Below, in pieces: positions 24,002 through 35,000 of a DNA stretch of 64,000 nt. This stretch comes from a virus. The stretch lies in IMG/VR virus record IMGVR_UViG_3300030107_002332; one strand, given 5' to 3'. The notes under the pieces were generated by a model that saw only the letters and a list, made by a program, of their open reading frames with translations, searched no databases and was not told the origin of the DNA. The position numbers and the translations under genes are program-made. Position 1 is the stretch's first letter. Each line of letters begins with the position of its first letter.

Positions 24002-27000
24002 TTAAGCGAATGAGGAAATAGTCAAGTTAGTTACATCATTAGCACCAACGGTTTCTCCGACCTTGAAGAATCCATCAACATTATCAACGGTGACTGAAGT
24101 AGCACCAAGAGCAGTAATAACTCCAGTTGTACCAGAGGTTCCACCTGTTACAGTTGCACCAACTTCCATCGTTGTGATATCAGATAGAGCGAACGTAGCA
24201 TTAGTGAATACGGTAGAAGTATTAATCGTTGCGTTAGCAAAGATAGTAGCAATATCAACCGTTGCACCATTACCATGTATAGCAGATACAGGGAAGGATG
24301 CAGTGCTACCGTGAATAGCAGATACAGGAATTGTGGCACTATTACCATGAATTGCTGTAACATCAAAGGTAAGAGCAGCACCACCACCTCCACCAAGTTG
24401 TGCGTCAGCAACAGTAACTGTTTCATTAGCAATCCAAGTATCACCATCATTAACAACGGTAACTGTAGCAGCACCAGAACCATTAACTACAATAGTAAAG
24501 GTTGCATTCTGACCAGATGCTTGAGAAGCATAGTCAGTAGCAGCAATATTATATGTACCAGAACTTCTTGATGCGTCAGCAGCACCAATGTTACCTACAG
24601 TGTTAATACCAGAGGCATTAGCGTTAGTGATAGTCAAGACTTCAGATGCTGCATATCCAGAACCATCATCATTAATTGTAACTCCAGTAACAGCACCGTT
24701 AGCACCAACTGTTATATCAACAGTTCCACCAGTTCCAGATCCAGATGATGTAGTTGCAATAGCAGATCCAGCAGAGTATCCAGTACCAGCAGTAGCGATA
24801 GAACCAAGAGTCTTGGCACCAGTAGCATTTGCGTTAGTAATTGTGATTACTTCATCAGCAGCATAACCAGATCCATCATCATTAATAGTAACTCCAGATA
24901 CAACACCAGAACTTACAGTAACATCTACTGTCAATCCAGTTCCTGAACCAGCAGAAGTTGTTGCAATTCCAGATCCAGCAGCATAACCAGTACCACCTTG
25001 AGAAATAGATCCAAGTGTCTTAGCACCAGATGCATTAGCGTTCACAATAGTGATTGTGTCATCTACTGCGTATCCTGATCCTGCAGCATTTATAGCAGCA
25101 CCAGTTACAACACCATTAGATGTTGTGAGGTTAAGTGTTAATCCTGAACCTCCACCACCTGTAGTAGCGATTGCAGTTCCGTTGGCATATCCTGTACCAC
25201 CTACAAGGGTGTCAACAGTCGATGCACCACCTGCATTACTATTCGCAATAGTGATTGTCTCACCAATAGCATATCCAGATCCTGCAGCGTTTATAGCAAC
25301 GTTAGTGATTGCTCCATTTCCATCAACAGTAGTGTTAAGAGTTAATCCAGTTCCTGATCCAGATGAACTTGTTGCAACTCCAGTAGCAGCAGAGAATCCT
25401 CCAACACCACCTGATAGAGTACCCAAGTTAAGAGTATCAACACCACCAAGATTAGGGTTAGTAATTGTTAAAGTATCACCAATTAAGTATCCAGTACCAG
25501 CAGCATTTAATGCAAGACCAGTTATAATTCCATCAGCATTTACTGTAGTATCAACAGTTAATCCAGATCCAGTTCCACCTGTTGTAGCAACGTTTGTTGC
25601 TCCTGTGAATCCACCAACTCCACCAGCTGAAATAGATCCAAGTGTTACAACAGATCCAGGAGTAGGATCTCCAGATAAGTTAAGTGTTAATGTTGTTGCA
25701 GTAGCAAGGTTATTCAACATAGCACTAAGTTGTGCGTATGCATTATCAAGTTTTGCTTGAACTCTTGCTTCTGTATAATATTGATTAGTTCCTTCAGAAA
25801 GGTTAGTTGTAGACTTACTGGATAGATCTAAGTTAGCACCCGTTGCAGCAGCGACTCTTGCATTCGCTCTTGCATCTGTATAGTAAAGGTTAGATCCTTC
25901 TGATAGATCTCCAGTATCAGCAGCAGCAATACGTGCGTCTGCTCTTGCATCTGTAAAGAATAATTTACTTGATCCTTCAGTAATATTATCAGTATTAATA
26001 TCTGCCTGTGTTACAGATAGAGTACCACTACTATGTGTGATACCTGTGCCGTATGTAAAGTGTGTCCTTGTTCTGGCAGCAGTAGTAAAGAGATTTGTTG
26101 ATCCCTCAGTTATGTTATCAGAGTTAACGTCTGCCTGAGTAACAGATAGTGTGTATGTATTAGCAGCGTCATCATATACCTTAGTAACACCAGTACCAGC
26201 AATGATAACAGCATTAAGTCTGTCATCTACACGCTCGTTAGTGAAGTAAAGGTTAGTTGATCCTTCAGATAATGCATCAGTATCATGGTTTGCAATACTT
26301 GAAACTGTTCCAGTTACGTTACCAGTTACAGCACCAGTGATAGGACCAGCGAATCCAGTAGCAGTAAGGATTCCAGTATTTGAATTGAATGTTAAGTTTG
26401 TACCACTCTTAACTGCAAGAGAACCAGTCGCTGCAGTTGTGAATAGAACATTACATGAGGTGTCTGTTGACTCATCAGCAACGGTTACTGTAGCAGCAAG
26501 AGTTGCAGAATCAGCGTTACCTGTAAGATCACCAGTTACATCACCAGTCAAGGTACCAGTAATCGCTGTAATATTTGCAGCATCACCGTAAATATTTTGC
26601 CATCTGACTGAAGTAGTACCAAGATCATATGTACTATCAGCAGCAGGATTTAAGTTCTTAGCAGTTGATGTAGTTCCAACAATATTACCTGTTAGATCTC
26701 CAGCAACATTACCTGTTATATTACCAGTTACATTACCAGTTAGAGTTCCTGTAATAGCAGTGATGTCTGCAGCATCTGCGTAGAGCTTCTGCCAACGAAC
26801 TGTATTAGTACCAAGATCATATGAACTATCTGAAGCAGGATTAAGATCCTTAGCAGTAGAAGTAGCACCTGTAAGGTTACCAACTAAATCTGAAGTAATC
26901 TCATTAGCAGCAAAGTCACCAGATGCATCACGTATGACTAAGTTATTTGCAGCGTTTGTGCTTGAAGAAGCAACGTTAATTGTTGTGTTACCTGATACAC

Positions 27001-30000
27001 CATCAGGGTTTGTAAGAGTAATACCAGAGGATGCTGTAACAGCAAGTGTTCTTTGTGCGTAAGTATTTGCAGCAGTCCTTACAACGTATCCTGTGCCAGA
27101 CATTGCTGCCAAAGCAGTTATATCAGCATCAACGAATGTTGTAGTAATGCTTACATCAGCAGATCCGTTAAAGGATACAGTACCAGAAACAACACCAGCA
27201 ACTGCGATATTCCTTGCAGTCTCAAGTGTAGTTGCTGTAGATGCATTACCTGTTAGAGCAGCAGTAATTGTTCCTGCAGCAAAATTACCAGATCCATCTC
27301 TATTAACAACTGTAGATACTGTATTAGCAGTAGCAGTTGTCATACCATCCAGTAAGTCTGCGTTAAGGTTTGAAACCTTAGTTGTAGATGCAACTACAAA
27401 TGGAGCAGTACCTTGAGCAAGTTGAGAAATTATTTGTCCATCAACTGTTGCTGTACCATCTACGTTTAAATTATTGTCTATATCAACTGATGTACCAGCA
27501 CCAGTTACATTAAGTGATCCAACTCTTAAAGCACCATCAGTACCTGATAGAACTTCAGAACTATTAGTTGCACTTGTTAGGAATGCGAATTGTTGCGATG
27601 ATCTATCGAAACCAAAGAAGCCGATTTTAGCAGAGCCGTCGTAGTAACGGAACTCAATACCCCTATCCTTAGCATCGTTAGAAGATGGTGCTGTGTCACC
27701 ACCCAAAGTAACAATAGGGTCATCGTAAGTTGTGACCGTACTGTTGACTGTAGTTGTTGTTCCATTGACTGTAAGATTACCTGTGACTACAAGATCAGAT
27801 TGTAATGCCGTATCACCAGCAACCTGAAGTTCTCCTGCAGATACGATATTACCATTGTCAGTATCAACTGTAAATTTATCAACAGCTGAAGCATTCTGTA
27901 CTTTAAAGAACTTGTTATCTGCTTTAACTATTGTCTGATCATTAACAGTTAATGTGCCAGAAATGTCAGCATTATTATTAAGATCTAATGTACCTGTTAA
28001 TTCTGTATTGCCGTAGACTCGTGCCCCGCCACCAACTGCTAAGTTCTTAGCTAAACCAATACCACCAGAGAATCTTGCAGAACCATCAGCAGCGTATGAC
28101 CCTGTTAGAGTTTGCTCTGTGTTGTTAGTGAATGTATTAACACCAGATGTTCCGAATGTATCGTTGATCTGTGTAGCATCACCAACTGTTAATGTACCAA
28201 TTATATTTGTATTACCATTGTCTGTATCAACACCAAACTTCTCAACTGCAGAACCGTTTCTGATAGAGAAGATTTCATTTGCCTCATCAATAACAACTGA
28301 GTCATTGACATTGATCTGACCATCAACTTGTAAGGTTCCTGAGATTACAGTATTACCGTTATCAGTATCTACTGTGAACTTATCTGCTGCAGCAGCAGTC
28401 TGAACCTTGAACATCTTGTTGTCAGACTTGACAATAAGATCATCTTGGATAGTTGTAGCACCATCTACATTAAGTGTAGTATCAAAATCAACTGCACCTT
28501 TTACATTTAGATCTCCTTCATTTACTGCATTACCAGTAGCAGAAGCAATAGTAAACTTATCAGTTGTACCAGAACGAACTGCAAAGTTGCCATCAACATC
28601 TACAGTTCCATTAAACTCAGCGTTACCATTCTGTGTTAGTGTACCTTCAGATGTTATATTACCTGTAGCACCTAAGACTGTAAACTTAACTGTGTCTCCA
28701 GAGTTCTTTTTACCAACGAATAGACCTTCTCCAGATCCAGTAGCACCAACATGTAGGTTCTGGTTAACACCAGCACCACCATATACTCTTAAGTTAGAAG
28801 TGTTATGATTTGAATAGGAAGGATTGTAAGAAACACTTGAACCAGCCCTGATCTTATATCTGACCTGCAACCAGTTCCGTAAACCCCAACTCTCAGTTCC
28901 ACTATCTCTCTGGTTGAAGTCTCCGTTCAGGTAGATATCACTATCAAACAATACTGCCTTATCAAAGAATCCACCACCATCTACTCTTAATGCACCATAG
29001 TCAGAACTCTGTATCTCGTACAAGTCTGTAGCATTGTTTAGTGCAATGTTAGGTTCATCAGTAGATTCAAAATGAACTAAAGATCCAACATTTAATGTAC
29101 CTTCAAGATCTGTATTACCATTATCTGTATCAACTGTAAACTTGTCTGCAGCTGCAGCAGTTTGAATTTTAAAGAACTTGTTATCTGCCTTGATAGTAGT
29201 AGCATCAGATACTGTTAAAGTACCTGCTATAGCAGTGTTACCAGATGCTGCTGTGATATTAAACTTGTTACTATTAACATCAACGTTACCTGTAACAGCA
29301 AGAACACCTGCCATTGTTAGGTTACCAGATGTAGTTACTGCAGTAATTTTAGCGTTATTACTACCATCCTTAAGTATGAAATTCTTAGAAGCACCTTTAA
29401 TTACTACTTCATCAGTAAAGAGTGATGTGCCTGTGACACCTAAGTTAGTATCGATATCTACTGAACCACCGATATTGACACTACCACCGATACCAGCACC
29501 ACCTGCGACCACTAAGTCACCAGTAGTATTAGTTGTAGATGCTGTACCAGTTGTAAGTTTTAAGTTACCAGCGATGATCCCTGCATCTGTTCCAGAGAAT
29601 ACCTCTGCGGTATTTGTGGCATTGTAGAGGAACGTGAATGATCCTGCATGTCCTCCAAGATCGTTGGCCGAATCGTCGTAACCAAAGAATCCAACTCTTG
29701 CTTGAGAGTCGTAATATCTGAACTCAACACCTCTGTCTTTGTTATCGTCTGTTGAAGGAGCAGTGTCACCACCAAGAGTGATAATAGGATCATCCAGAGT
29801 AGTAACTGCTGAGTTAATTGTTGTAGTCGTTCCATCAACTTGCAAGTCCCCCATTATCTGAACTTTACCACTTGTTGCTCTGTCATCACCAGGATCAAGG
29901 ATCATAGTGGCAGAAGAGGAAGCGATATAGTCCCCTTGGAAATATGTGTCTTCTACTTGTACTTTACCAGCAGAATCTGATGCAGTGATTGTAACAGCAT

Positions 30001-31489
30001 TCTCTGCAGTTACTATAACACTACTATTACCAGAACCAGAGTTAGATGCTGATACAGTTAAAGATCTTGCAGAAGTTGAGTTCTGTGTAGTTGTGAAGGT
30101 AAGATTACCATCACCAGTCTTGTTTAGAGTTTGTGCAACCCCTCCGTCGAGGGTAATGTCTGCATCACTGAAATAGGATCTGACGTTGACATCAATCTCT
30201 CCAGCACCACCATCACCCGTATTATTTGCGCCAAACAGTAAATTACCACTTGTATCATTAATCTTGACATAGTTAAGTTTATTGAATCCACGATATCCTG
30301 TAGTAGCAGTTAATTCTTGGTCGAGGTCGAAGTCCTCTTTCGCGTTGCCGTCAGCAAAGGAAATTCTACTGTTTTGTAATTGATTATTGTCAATAGAACC
30401 AAGAGACATAGTAACGTGACCTGCTGCAGATACGTCAAAGTCTTCCTGATCAAAGGACGCGAGTCCTTTTTGTGGTGTTGCACTCGCACCAAGATACTCC
30501 CACGATCCCGCATCGCTAGCATCAGAATGAGTAGGTGCCCCAGCTCCTGCTGCAATACCTGCAATGGCCTGATAAAGTTTCGATGCATTAGTGATTTGAT
30601 CACCACGGGAATAGGTCGTTCCTGCATTATATGCTGCTGCTAATGTTCCTTGTGTAGCAGTCGCAATCGGAATTGTCGCTGCTGCAGTTATTCTACCATA
30701 AGTATCAACGCTATATTGCCCTGCGTTAACAGTTTCTGATCCAGCAACAGAAGTAGTACTTGCTGTATTGTAATCAGCAGCAGTTACAGCAGTTGCAACT
30801 AAATCAATAGTTGGGTTACCATTAAGACCAGCACCTTCATTAACTTGAATTCTTTGTGCAGTACCAGTAATAGTTCTGGTTTGCATATTACCAGCACTGG
30901 TTCTGGAAATCATACCAGTAGTGGTAAGACCAGCAATAGAAACAAGATCTAAATCATATGGTTGTGCAGATGAACCTTCTACTGTTCCATTAAGGTTATA
31001 ATCTGCTAACGTTGAAGGAGTTGAAGCATTTTTAATTCTACCCTGAGCATCTACAGTAACCTTCGTATAGGTTGCGGAAGATTCAGCAGTACCATCATAA
31101 TGTGGTAATGTTGATATAAGTTCTAGAGTTGTTACAAGGTTTAAGTTCTGAGAACCGTCAAATACACCAGAACCTTGAATGTCTCCTGATAATTGAATCT
31201 GACGAGTTGAAGCAAGTCTTGTGGAAGTTGAAGCATTACCAATAAGAGTTGATGTAATAGTACCTGCAGCGAAGTTACCGTCTGCGTCTCTCTGTACTAA
31301 AGTATTTGCAGTATTAGATGTCGATTCAACTGGACGCTCGTACCTCAAAGAGTTCCACGCTGAAACGCCATCTCCAATTTTAAATCGTCCAGTATCTAAT
31401 TCTATCCCTAATTCGCCTTGTGCTAATGTAGGGTTGGAGTTTGCCCATTCTTGGGCACCACCTCTTCTTAATTGAATTCTATTTGCCAT
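24002..31489 (-). CDS. Long fibre protein (2495 aa) in the T4 wac/fibritin position
   Basis: N-terminal IQLRRG...W...NP.LAQGE.G.E.DTG.FK.GDG..AW..L.Y (Mtd-N/hyaluronidase-type anchoring domain); many G/T/A-rich repeats; immediately upstream of g13. Confidence 0.85.
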   Translation of the reverse strand: MANRIQLRRGGAQEWANSNPTLAQGELGIELDTGRFKIGDGVSAWNSLRYERPVESTSNTANTLVQRDADGNFAAGTITSTLIGNASTSTRLASTRQIQLSGDIQGSGVFDGSQNLNLVTTLELISTLPHYDGTAESSATYTKVTVDAQGRIKNASTPSTLADYNLNGTVEGSSAQPYDLDLVSIAGLTTTGMISRTSAGNMQTRTITGTAQRIQVNEGAGLNGNPTIDLVATAVTAADYNTASTTSVAGSETVNAGQYSVDTYGRITAAATIPIATATQGTLAAAYNAGTTYSRGDQITNASKLYQAIAGIAAGAGAPTHSDASDAGSWEYLGASATPQKGLASFDQEDFDVSAAGHVTMSLGSIDNNQLQNSRISFADGNAKEDFDLDQELTATTGYRGFNKLNYVKINDTSGNLLFGANNTGDGGAGEIDVNVRSYFSDADITLDGGVAQTLNKTGDGNLTFTTTQNSTSARSLTVSASNSGSGNSSVIVTAENAVTITASDSAGKVQVEDTYFQGDYIASSSATMILDPGDDRATSGKVQIMGDLQVDGTTTTINSAVTTLDDPIITLGGDTAPSTDDNKDRGVEFRYYDSQARVGFFGYDDSANDLGGHAGSFTFLYNATNTAEVFSGTDAGIIAGNLKLTTGTASTTNTTGDLVVAGGAGIGGSVNIGGSVDIDTNLGVTGTSLFTDEVVIKGASKNFILKDGSNNAKITAVTTSGNLTMAGVLAVTGNVDVNSNKFNITAASGNTAIAGTLTVSDATTIKADNKFFKIQTAAAADKFTVDTDNGNTDLEGTLNVGSLVHFESTDEPNIALNNATDLYEIQSSDYGALRVDGGGFFDKAVLFDSDIYLNGDFNQRDSGTESWGLRNWLQVRYKIRAGSSVSYNPSYSNHNTSNLRVYGGAGVNQNLHVGATGSGEGLFVGKKNSGDTVKFTVLGATGNITSEGTLTQNGNAEFNGTVDVDGNFAVRSGTTDKFTIASATGNAVNEGDLNVKGAVDFDTTLNVDGATTIQDDLIVKSDNKMFKVQTAAAADKFTVDTDNGNTVISGTLQVDGQINVNDSVVIDEANEIFSIRNGSAVEKFGVDTDNGNTNIIGTLTVGDATQINDTFGTSGVNTFTNNTEQTLTGSYAADGSARFSGGIGLAKNLAVGGGARVYGNTELTGTLDLNNNADISGTLTVNDQTIVKADNKFFKVQNASAVDKFTVDTDNGNIVSAGELQVAGDTALQSDLVVTGNLTVNGTTTTVNSTVTTYDDPIVTLGGDTAPSSNDAKDRGIEFRYYDGSAKIGFFGFDRSSQQFAFLTSATNSSEVLSGTDGALRVGSLNVTGAGTSVDIDNNLNVDGTATVDGQIISQLAQGTAPFVVASTTKVSNLNADLLDGMTTATANTVSTVVNRDGSGNFAAGTITAALTGNASTATTLETARNIAVAGVVSGTVSFNGSADVSITTTFVDADITALAAMSGTGYVVRTAANTYAQRTLAVTASSGITLTNPDGVSGNTTINVASSSTNAANNLVIRDASGDFAANEITSDLVGNLTGATSTAKDLNPASDSSYDLGTNTVRWQKLYADAADITAITGTLTGNVTGNITGNVAGDLTGNIVGTTSTAKNLNPAADSTYDLGTTSVRWQNIYGDAANITAITGTLTGDVTGDLTGNADSATLAATVTVADESTDTSCNVLFTTAATGSLAVKSGTNLTFNSNTGILTATGFAGPITGAVTGNVTGTVSSIANHDTDALSEGSTNLYFTNERVDDRLNAVIIAGTGVTKVYDDAANTYTLSVTQADVNSDNITEGSTNLFTTAARTRTHFTYGTGITHSSGTLSVTQADINTDNITEGSSKLFFTDARADARIAAADTGDLSEGSNLYYTDARANARVAAATGANLDLSSKSTTNLSEGTNQYYTEARVQAKLDNAYAQLSAMLNNLATATTLTLNLSGDPTPGSVVTLGSISAGGVGGFTGATNVATTGGTGSGLTVDTTVNADGIITGLALNAAGTGYLIGDTLTITNPNLGGVDTLNLGTLSGGVGGFSAATGVATSSSGSGTGLTLNTTVDGNGAITNVAINAAGSGYAIGETITIANSNAGGASTVDTLVGGTGYANGTAIATTGGGGSGLTLNLTTSNGVVTGAAINAAGSGYAVDDTITIVNANASGAKTLGSISQGGTGYAAGSGIATTSAGSGTGLTVDVTVSSGVVSGVTINDDGSGYAADEVITITNANATGAKTLGSIATAGTGYSAGSAIATTSSGSGTGGTVDITVGANGAVTGVTINDDGSGYAASEVLTITNANASGINTVGNIGAADASRSSGTYNIAATDYASQASGQNATFTIVVNGSGAATVTVVNDGDTWIANETVTVADAQLGGGGGAALTFDVTAIHGNSATIPVSAIHGSTASFPVSAIHGNGATVDIATIFANATINTSTVFTNATFALSDITTMEVGATVTGGTSGTTGVITALGATSVTVDNVDGFFKVGETVGANDVTNLTISSFA
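24176..25645 (-). repeat. Six tandem ~70-aa G-rich beta modules followed by five short closing strands
   Basis: Units G.G.T.D.TV..G.VT...IN..G.GY...E.ITI.N.N, then HGNSATIPVSAI / HGSTASFPVSAI / HGNGATVDIATI / FANATINTSTV / FTNATFALSDI. Confidence 0.85.
25750..26290 (-). repeat. Five T-x-N-L-x-E-G-x-N-L-Y-(F/Y)-T-x-x-R fibre repeats
   Basis: DALSEGSTNLYFTNER, DNITEGSTNLFTTAAR, DNITEGSSKLFFTDAR, GDLSEGSNLYYTDAR, TNLSEGTNQYYTEAR. Confidence 0.8.
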
Positions 31490-31526
31490 TTTATTAGGAC
31501 AACTCTATGAGAACATGCTTCCAAGT

Positions 31527-31533
31527 TATTTAT
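31527..31533 (-). promoter_or_regulatory. Putative late promoter (ATAAATA) for the fibre gene
   Basis: Directly downstream of a terminator, 38 nt before the ATG at 31489. Confidence 0.65.
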
Positions 31534-31539
31534 GTCACT

Positions 31540-31565
31540 AAAAAAGGGGAACTAAGTTCCCCCTT
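31540..31565 (-). terminator. Rho-independent terminator
   Basis: GGGGAAC-TTA-GTTCCCC followed by TTTTTT on the minus strand, just after the stop at 31568. Confidence 0.85.
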
Positions 31566-31567
31566 GA

Positions 31568-31825
31568 TTATTCTTCAGTTGTTGTTCCAGGGGATGTATC
31601 TGTGTCGAGATTATCTACCGTTTCGGAACCTGGAGGATTTTCATCATAATATTCCAAAGCTTCGATGGCACCTTGTAATTTGAGTGCTACGATTTCATTA
31701 TCTTTAATTTTTTTTGAATACTCTTGATTTTCATTAATCAAGGTTTGTAGTCTTTCCTTAAACTGTGCCAGCATTACAGGTTGCGTAACCTTTTCTACTG
31801 GTTGTTCAGGTGTGCTAGTCGTCAT
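31568..31825 (-). CDS. Small coiled-coil hypothetical protein (85 aa)
   Basis: QFKERLQTLINENQEY..KI......LKLQGAIEALEY heptad-like pattern. Confidence 0.7.
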   Translation of the reverse strand: MTTSTPEQPVEKVTQPVMLAQFKERLQTLINENQEYSKKIKDNEIVALKLQGAIEALEYYDENPPGSETVDNLDTDTSPGTTTEE

Positions 31826-31827
31826 AA

Positions 31828-32058
31828 TTAAGTCCTTTCTTTGTTAGCTAACTGGAGTAAGAGGGCTTTAATCTCACTCATCTCTGATTTTAACTCAGAA
31901 ACCTCATTTTGTAAAGAGCCAAAATCTTTTTCTTTACGTTGCTCAGCCCTATATCCTTTCATGTACTGATTATACACTGACGTATCAGAACAGTTTATAG
32001 AACCTGAGTTCTCATCTCGGAACCATTTATCATGGTCCTTAACTGGAATTTGACTCAT
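31828..32058 (-). CDS. Conserved small cyanomyovirus protein (76 aa) with a C-terminal coiled coil
   Basis: V.DH...FRDENSG.I...D...Y..Y...L..EV.ELK.EM.EIK.LL; coupled to the upstream stop. Confidence 0.75.
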   Translation of the reverse strand: MSQIPVKDHDKWFRDENSGSINCSDTSVYNQYMKGYRAEQRKEKDFGSLQNEVSELKSEMSEIKALLLQLANKERT

Positions 32059-35000
32059 TATACTGCGAGTGCGATTGCCCTAAGATCTTTAATGATTGGA
32101 ACGTATGCTTGATTTGATGATACGAACAATATCTTAATCTGATACTGATCGAAGTTCAAACCAGAAGCTTCATATTCATAATCATAATATATCTTCCTAT
32201 CTGTAGTTGCTGGTATAGTAGCACCTGTAGTTGGGAAGTAAGAGAAACCATAGGTATCAATGGAACTTGATGAACCAACAGGTCTCACCCTATATAGAAC
32301 CTTAATTGTTGTGTTTGGTGGACGGTATCCCGCAAACATAAGTTTAATAGATCCAGATGGATTAGCAAGGTTTGCAACACGTGTAATGTATACAGCATCA
32401 TGCTCATCACCTACTGATTTCAGTGCACTATCAGTAGCAGTTGGACTATTAATTCTATTTGTTACTAAGATAGCAGATAGTCTATCTGTATCAATAACAG
32501 GTGAAATATTAGGTTCTAAACTCTTTAACTGAAGATCCATTCTGAATGACTTAGCACCACTCAATTCAGAAGATTCATTAATCTCTGAACATATAAGTGC
32601 AGGAGCAGCAAATTGATTATCTTCACTTAATATAATATCACTAAAGACTCCATCATTTGCAAATGATGCTTCAGTAACTGAAGAACCATCACCAATAGAT
32701 GTTCCACTAATAACATTGGCTCTTGCAGTAATCTCAGTCTGTGGAAGCAACATCCTTTCGATCTGCGGAACTAATGTCTCATATTGAATGTTTTGAGTAG
32801 CAAATATATTAGAACCACCTGCTCTAATACCTAATCTTCCGATAGATGTAGTTACTAATTCATAACTATCTAACGTTGGATTCTGTATAGCAGTATGGAT
32901 TTTATTAATTTCTGTTAGAGGAATACCATCAAGGTTATAGCATTTAACTACAGATTCATCTACATGAGATACTCCTGTAGTACCATTCAATCCTCTCTCA
33001 TGAACAGTAATAGTTTTATTATCATTACTAATAGCACTGTAAGACATAATTTCATTATCAATCATAATGTATCCCACATTGGTTGAACCAATAGCAACAC
33101 CATTAATAACCTTATGGAAAGCACTGGCATCATTAACAGCAATACTTGTGTCAGATGCAGAAATAGCAGCAGTTAAATACGTATCTGATACTTCAGAAAT
33201 AACTCCACTAAGAGTAACATTGTTAGATGTTGAATGCATACAATGATTACTATGAGATATCCTAATCTTCCTATTTGCAGCAGCAAATGTAGGTGTTGAT
33301 TGAGGATATGCATCTTGAATTGTTGGAGTACCACCTGCAGTGGCATCACCACTATAAGTAATCGATGCAACTGTTGCAGTTACAGAGGATAGTCCACCTG
33401 TAATTGTTTCAGAAGTTGCAGTGAAATTAGTAGAAACATACTTCAATGTTAGTGTGTTTGTACCTGAAACCCAAGTAACAACTTCAGCAGTAGGAGCAGC
33501 AGAAGTACTACCTGTAATTGTTTCACCCACTGTAAAGTCTCCAGAAGCACCTGAGACGACCATAGTAGCAAGTGTCTTAGACGATACAAGTCTGTTAGTA
33601 ATAACACCACCTGTAGCGGATCCTTGAGCGAATGTACCACTGATGTCATCAACAGTCAGTAGAGCAGCACCACCAGCACCAGTAGTAATCTTTCTAATTG
33701 TACCTTCAGCAAGTGTAGTCTTCTGATAAACTCTTGATCCAACTGTATATGTTAATGCAGTATTCATTAACAAATCAATGGATGGTACTACTGTTTCAAT
33801 AGCATCATTTCTAAGATTCAATACTCCACCGTTACCGATATCTAATTTAGCATTGTTTAAAACAACAGTAGATGTTCCTGTAGTGGTAAAGTCTGCTCTA
33901 TTAATAGCAAACTTTAAATCTTCAAACTGGTCTGCAGTCCAAGTAGATGCGTTCTGTGACTTGAATAGAACACCAGCATAAGGTTGATCAGATATAGTTC
34001 TGTCACCCGTAATATCAAGTTCTCCCATCCTTGAAATCCAAACCTGATATTCATTAGAGTCAGACAATAGAACAAAACAATGTTCAATAGACTGAGGGAT
34101 ATAAACAGGAGCTTGGAATGTAAATTTAGTTGCAACTGAACCAGTTTCAGATATCTGAATATTTGTTGGTTCTATAGTTACGTCAGAGAATGGTAATATA
34201 CTCTTTGTAGGATAACCATTTTCCATTGTTCTAATTTGCATAGAAACTGGAATGTTAGTATCCTTAGTATTAAAGTATACATCAACAGATGTCAAGAATA
34301 CTCCACCCTTCTCATCCAAAATAAAGGATTGAGCAAGAGGGTCATACCAACCAATCTGTCTTGTTTCTGTTCTTGTAGTACGAACTGTTACGGTTTCACT
34401 TACAGTATCACGTACGACTTCAGCATTTCTTACAGCAAGAATATTCTCACGTACTCTATTCAAAGTACCATTTGATTCATATTCTGCTTCAGCAGAAGAA
34501 GCAACAACTCCTCCTACACGTGAATCTACATCAGATGTAGTAAATCTTAATGTTCTTGTACCAGTTCTCCAACGAGGATTAGTATCTACTCCTGGTCTTG
34601 GTATGAAGAACGATGCTTTCATCTTACCGAATCTGTCGCTGATCAATCTACGATCTTTAACGACTGCCTTAGCACCAGAGGTTCCCTCTAGTACCTCACC
34701 TACTTGCATATTACCGTAGTATTGTCCTACTGCCTGTTTAGCAAGTGCATCAGTATCAATGTTCAAATATTCTGTAGTAGAAGCATAAGAACTTGGGAGT
34801 GTAGAATCATCATAAGGACTAAACTGATAGAAGTCATTAGGATTAGCAACCTTAAACTTCAATCCACTTGTTAATCCTGTTACGGTCTCACCAACAACAA
34901 ATGGTGTTGAGTTAGTTCTTGTATCAACTGTAGGATCTTTAATAAGTTCTATCAGTTTTGGAGAAACATAAACATCAACCTTTCTACCATCAAAGAATGT

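Noticed and set aside
24063-31475. Many P/V/A-rich plus-strand ORFs opposite the fibre gene
   Set aside because: Shadows of G/T/A-rich repeats that lack antisense stops
31300-31489. Mtd-like N-terminus suggesting a diversity-generating retroelement
   Set aside because: Only the anchoring domain is similar; no reverse transcriptase or TR/VR repeat pair is visible in this window
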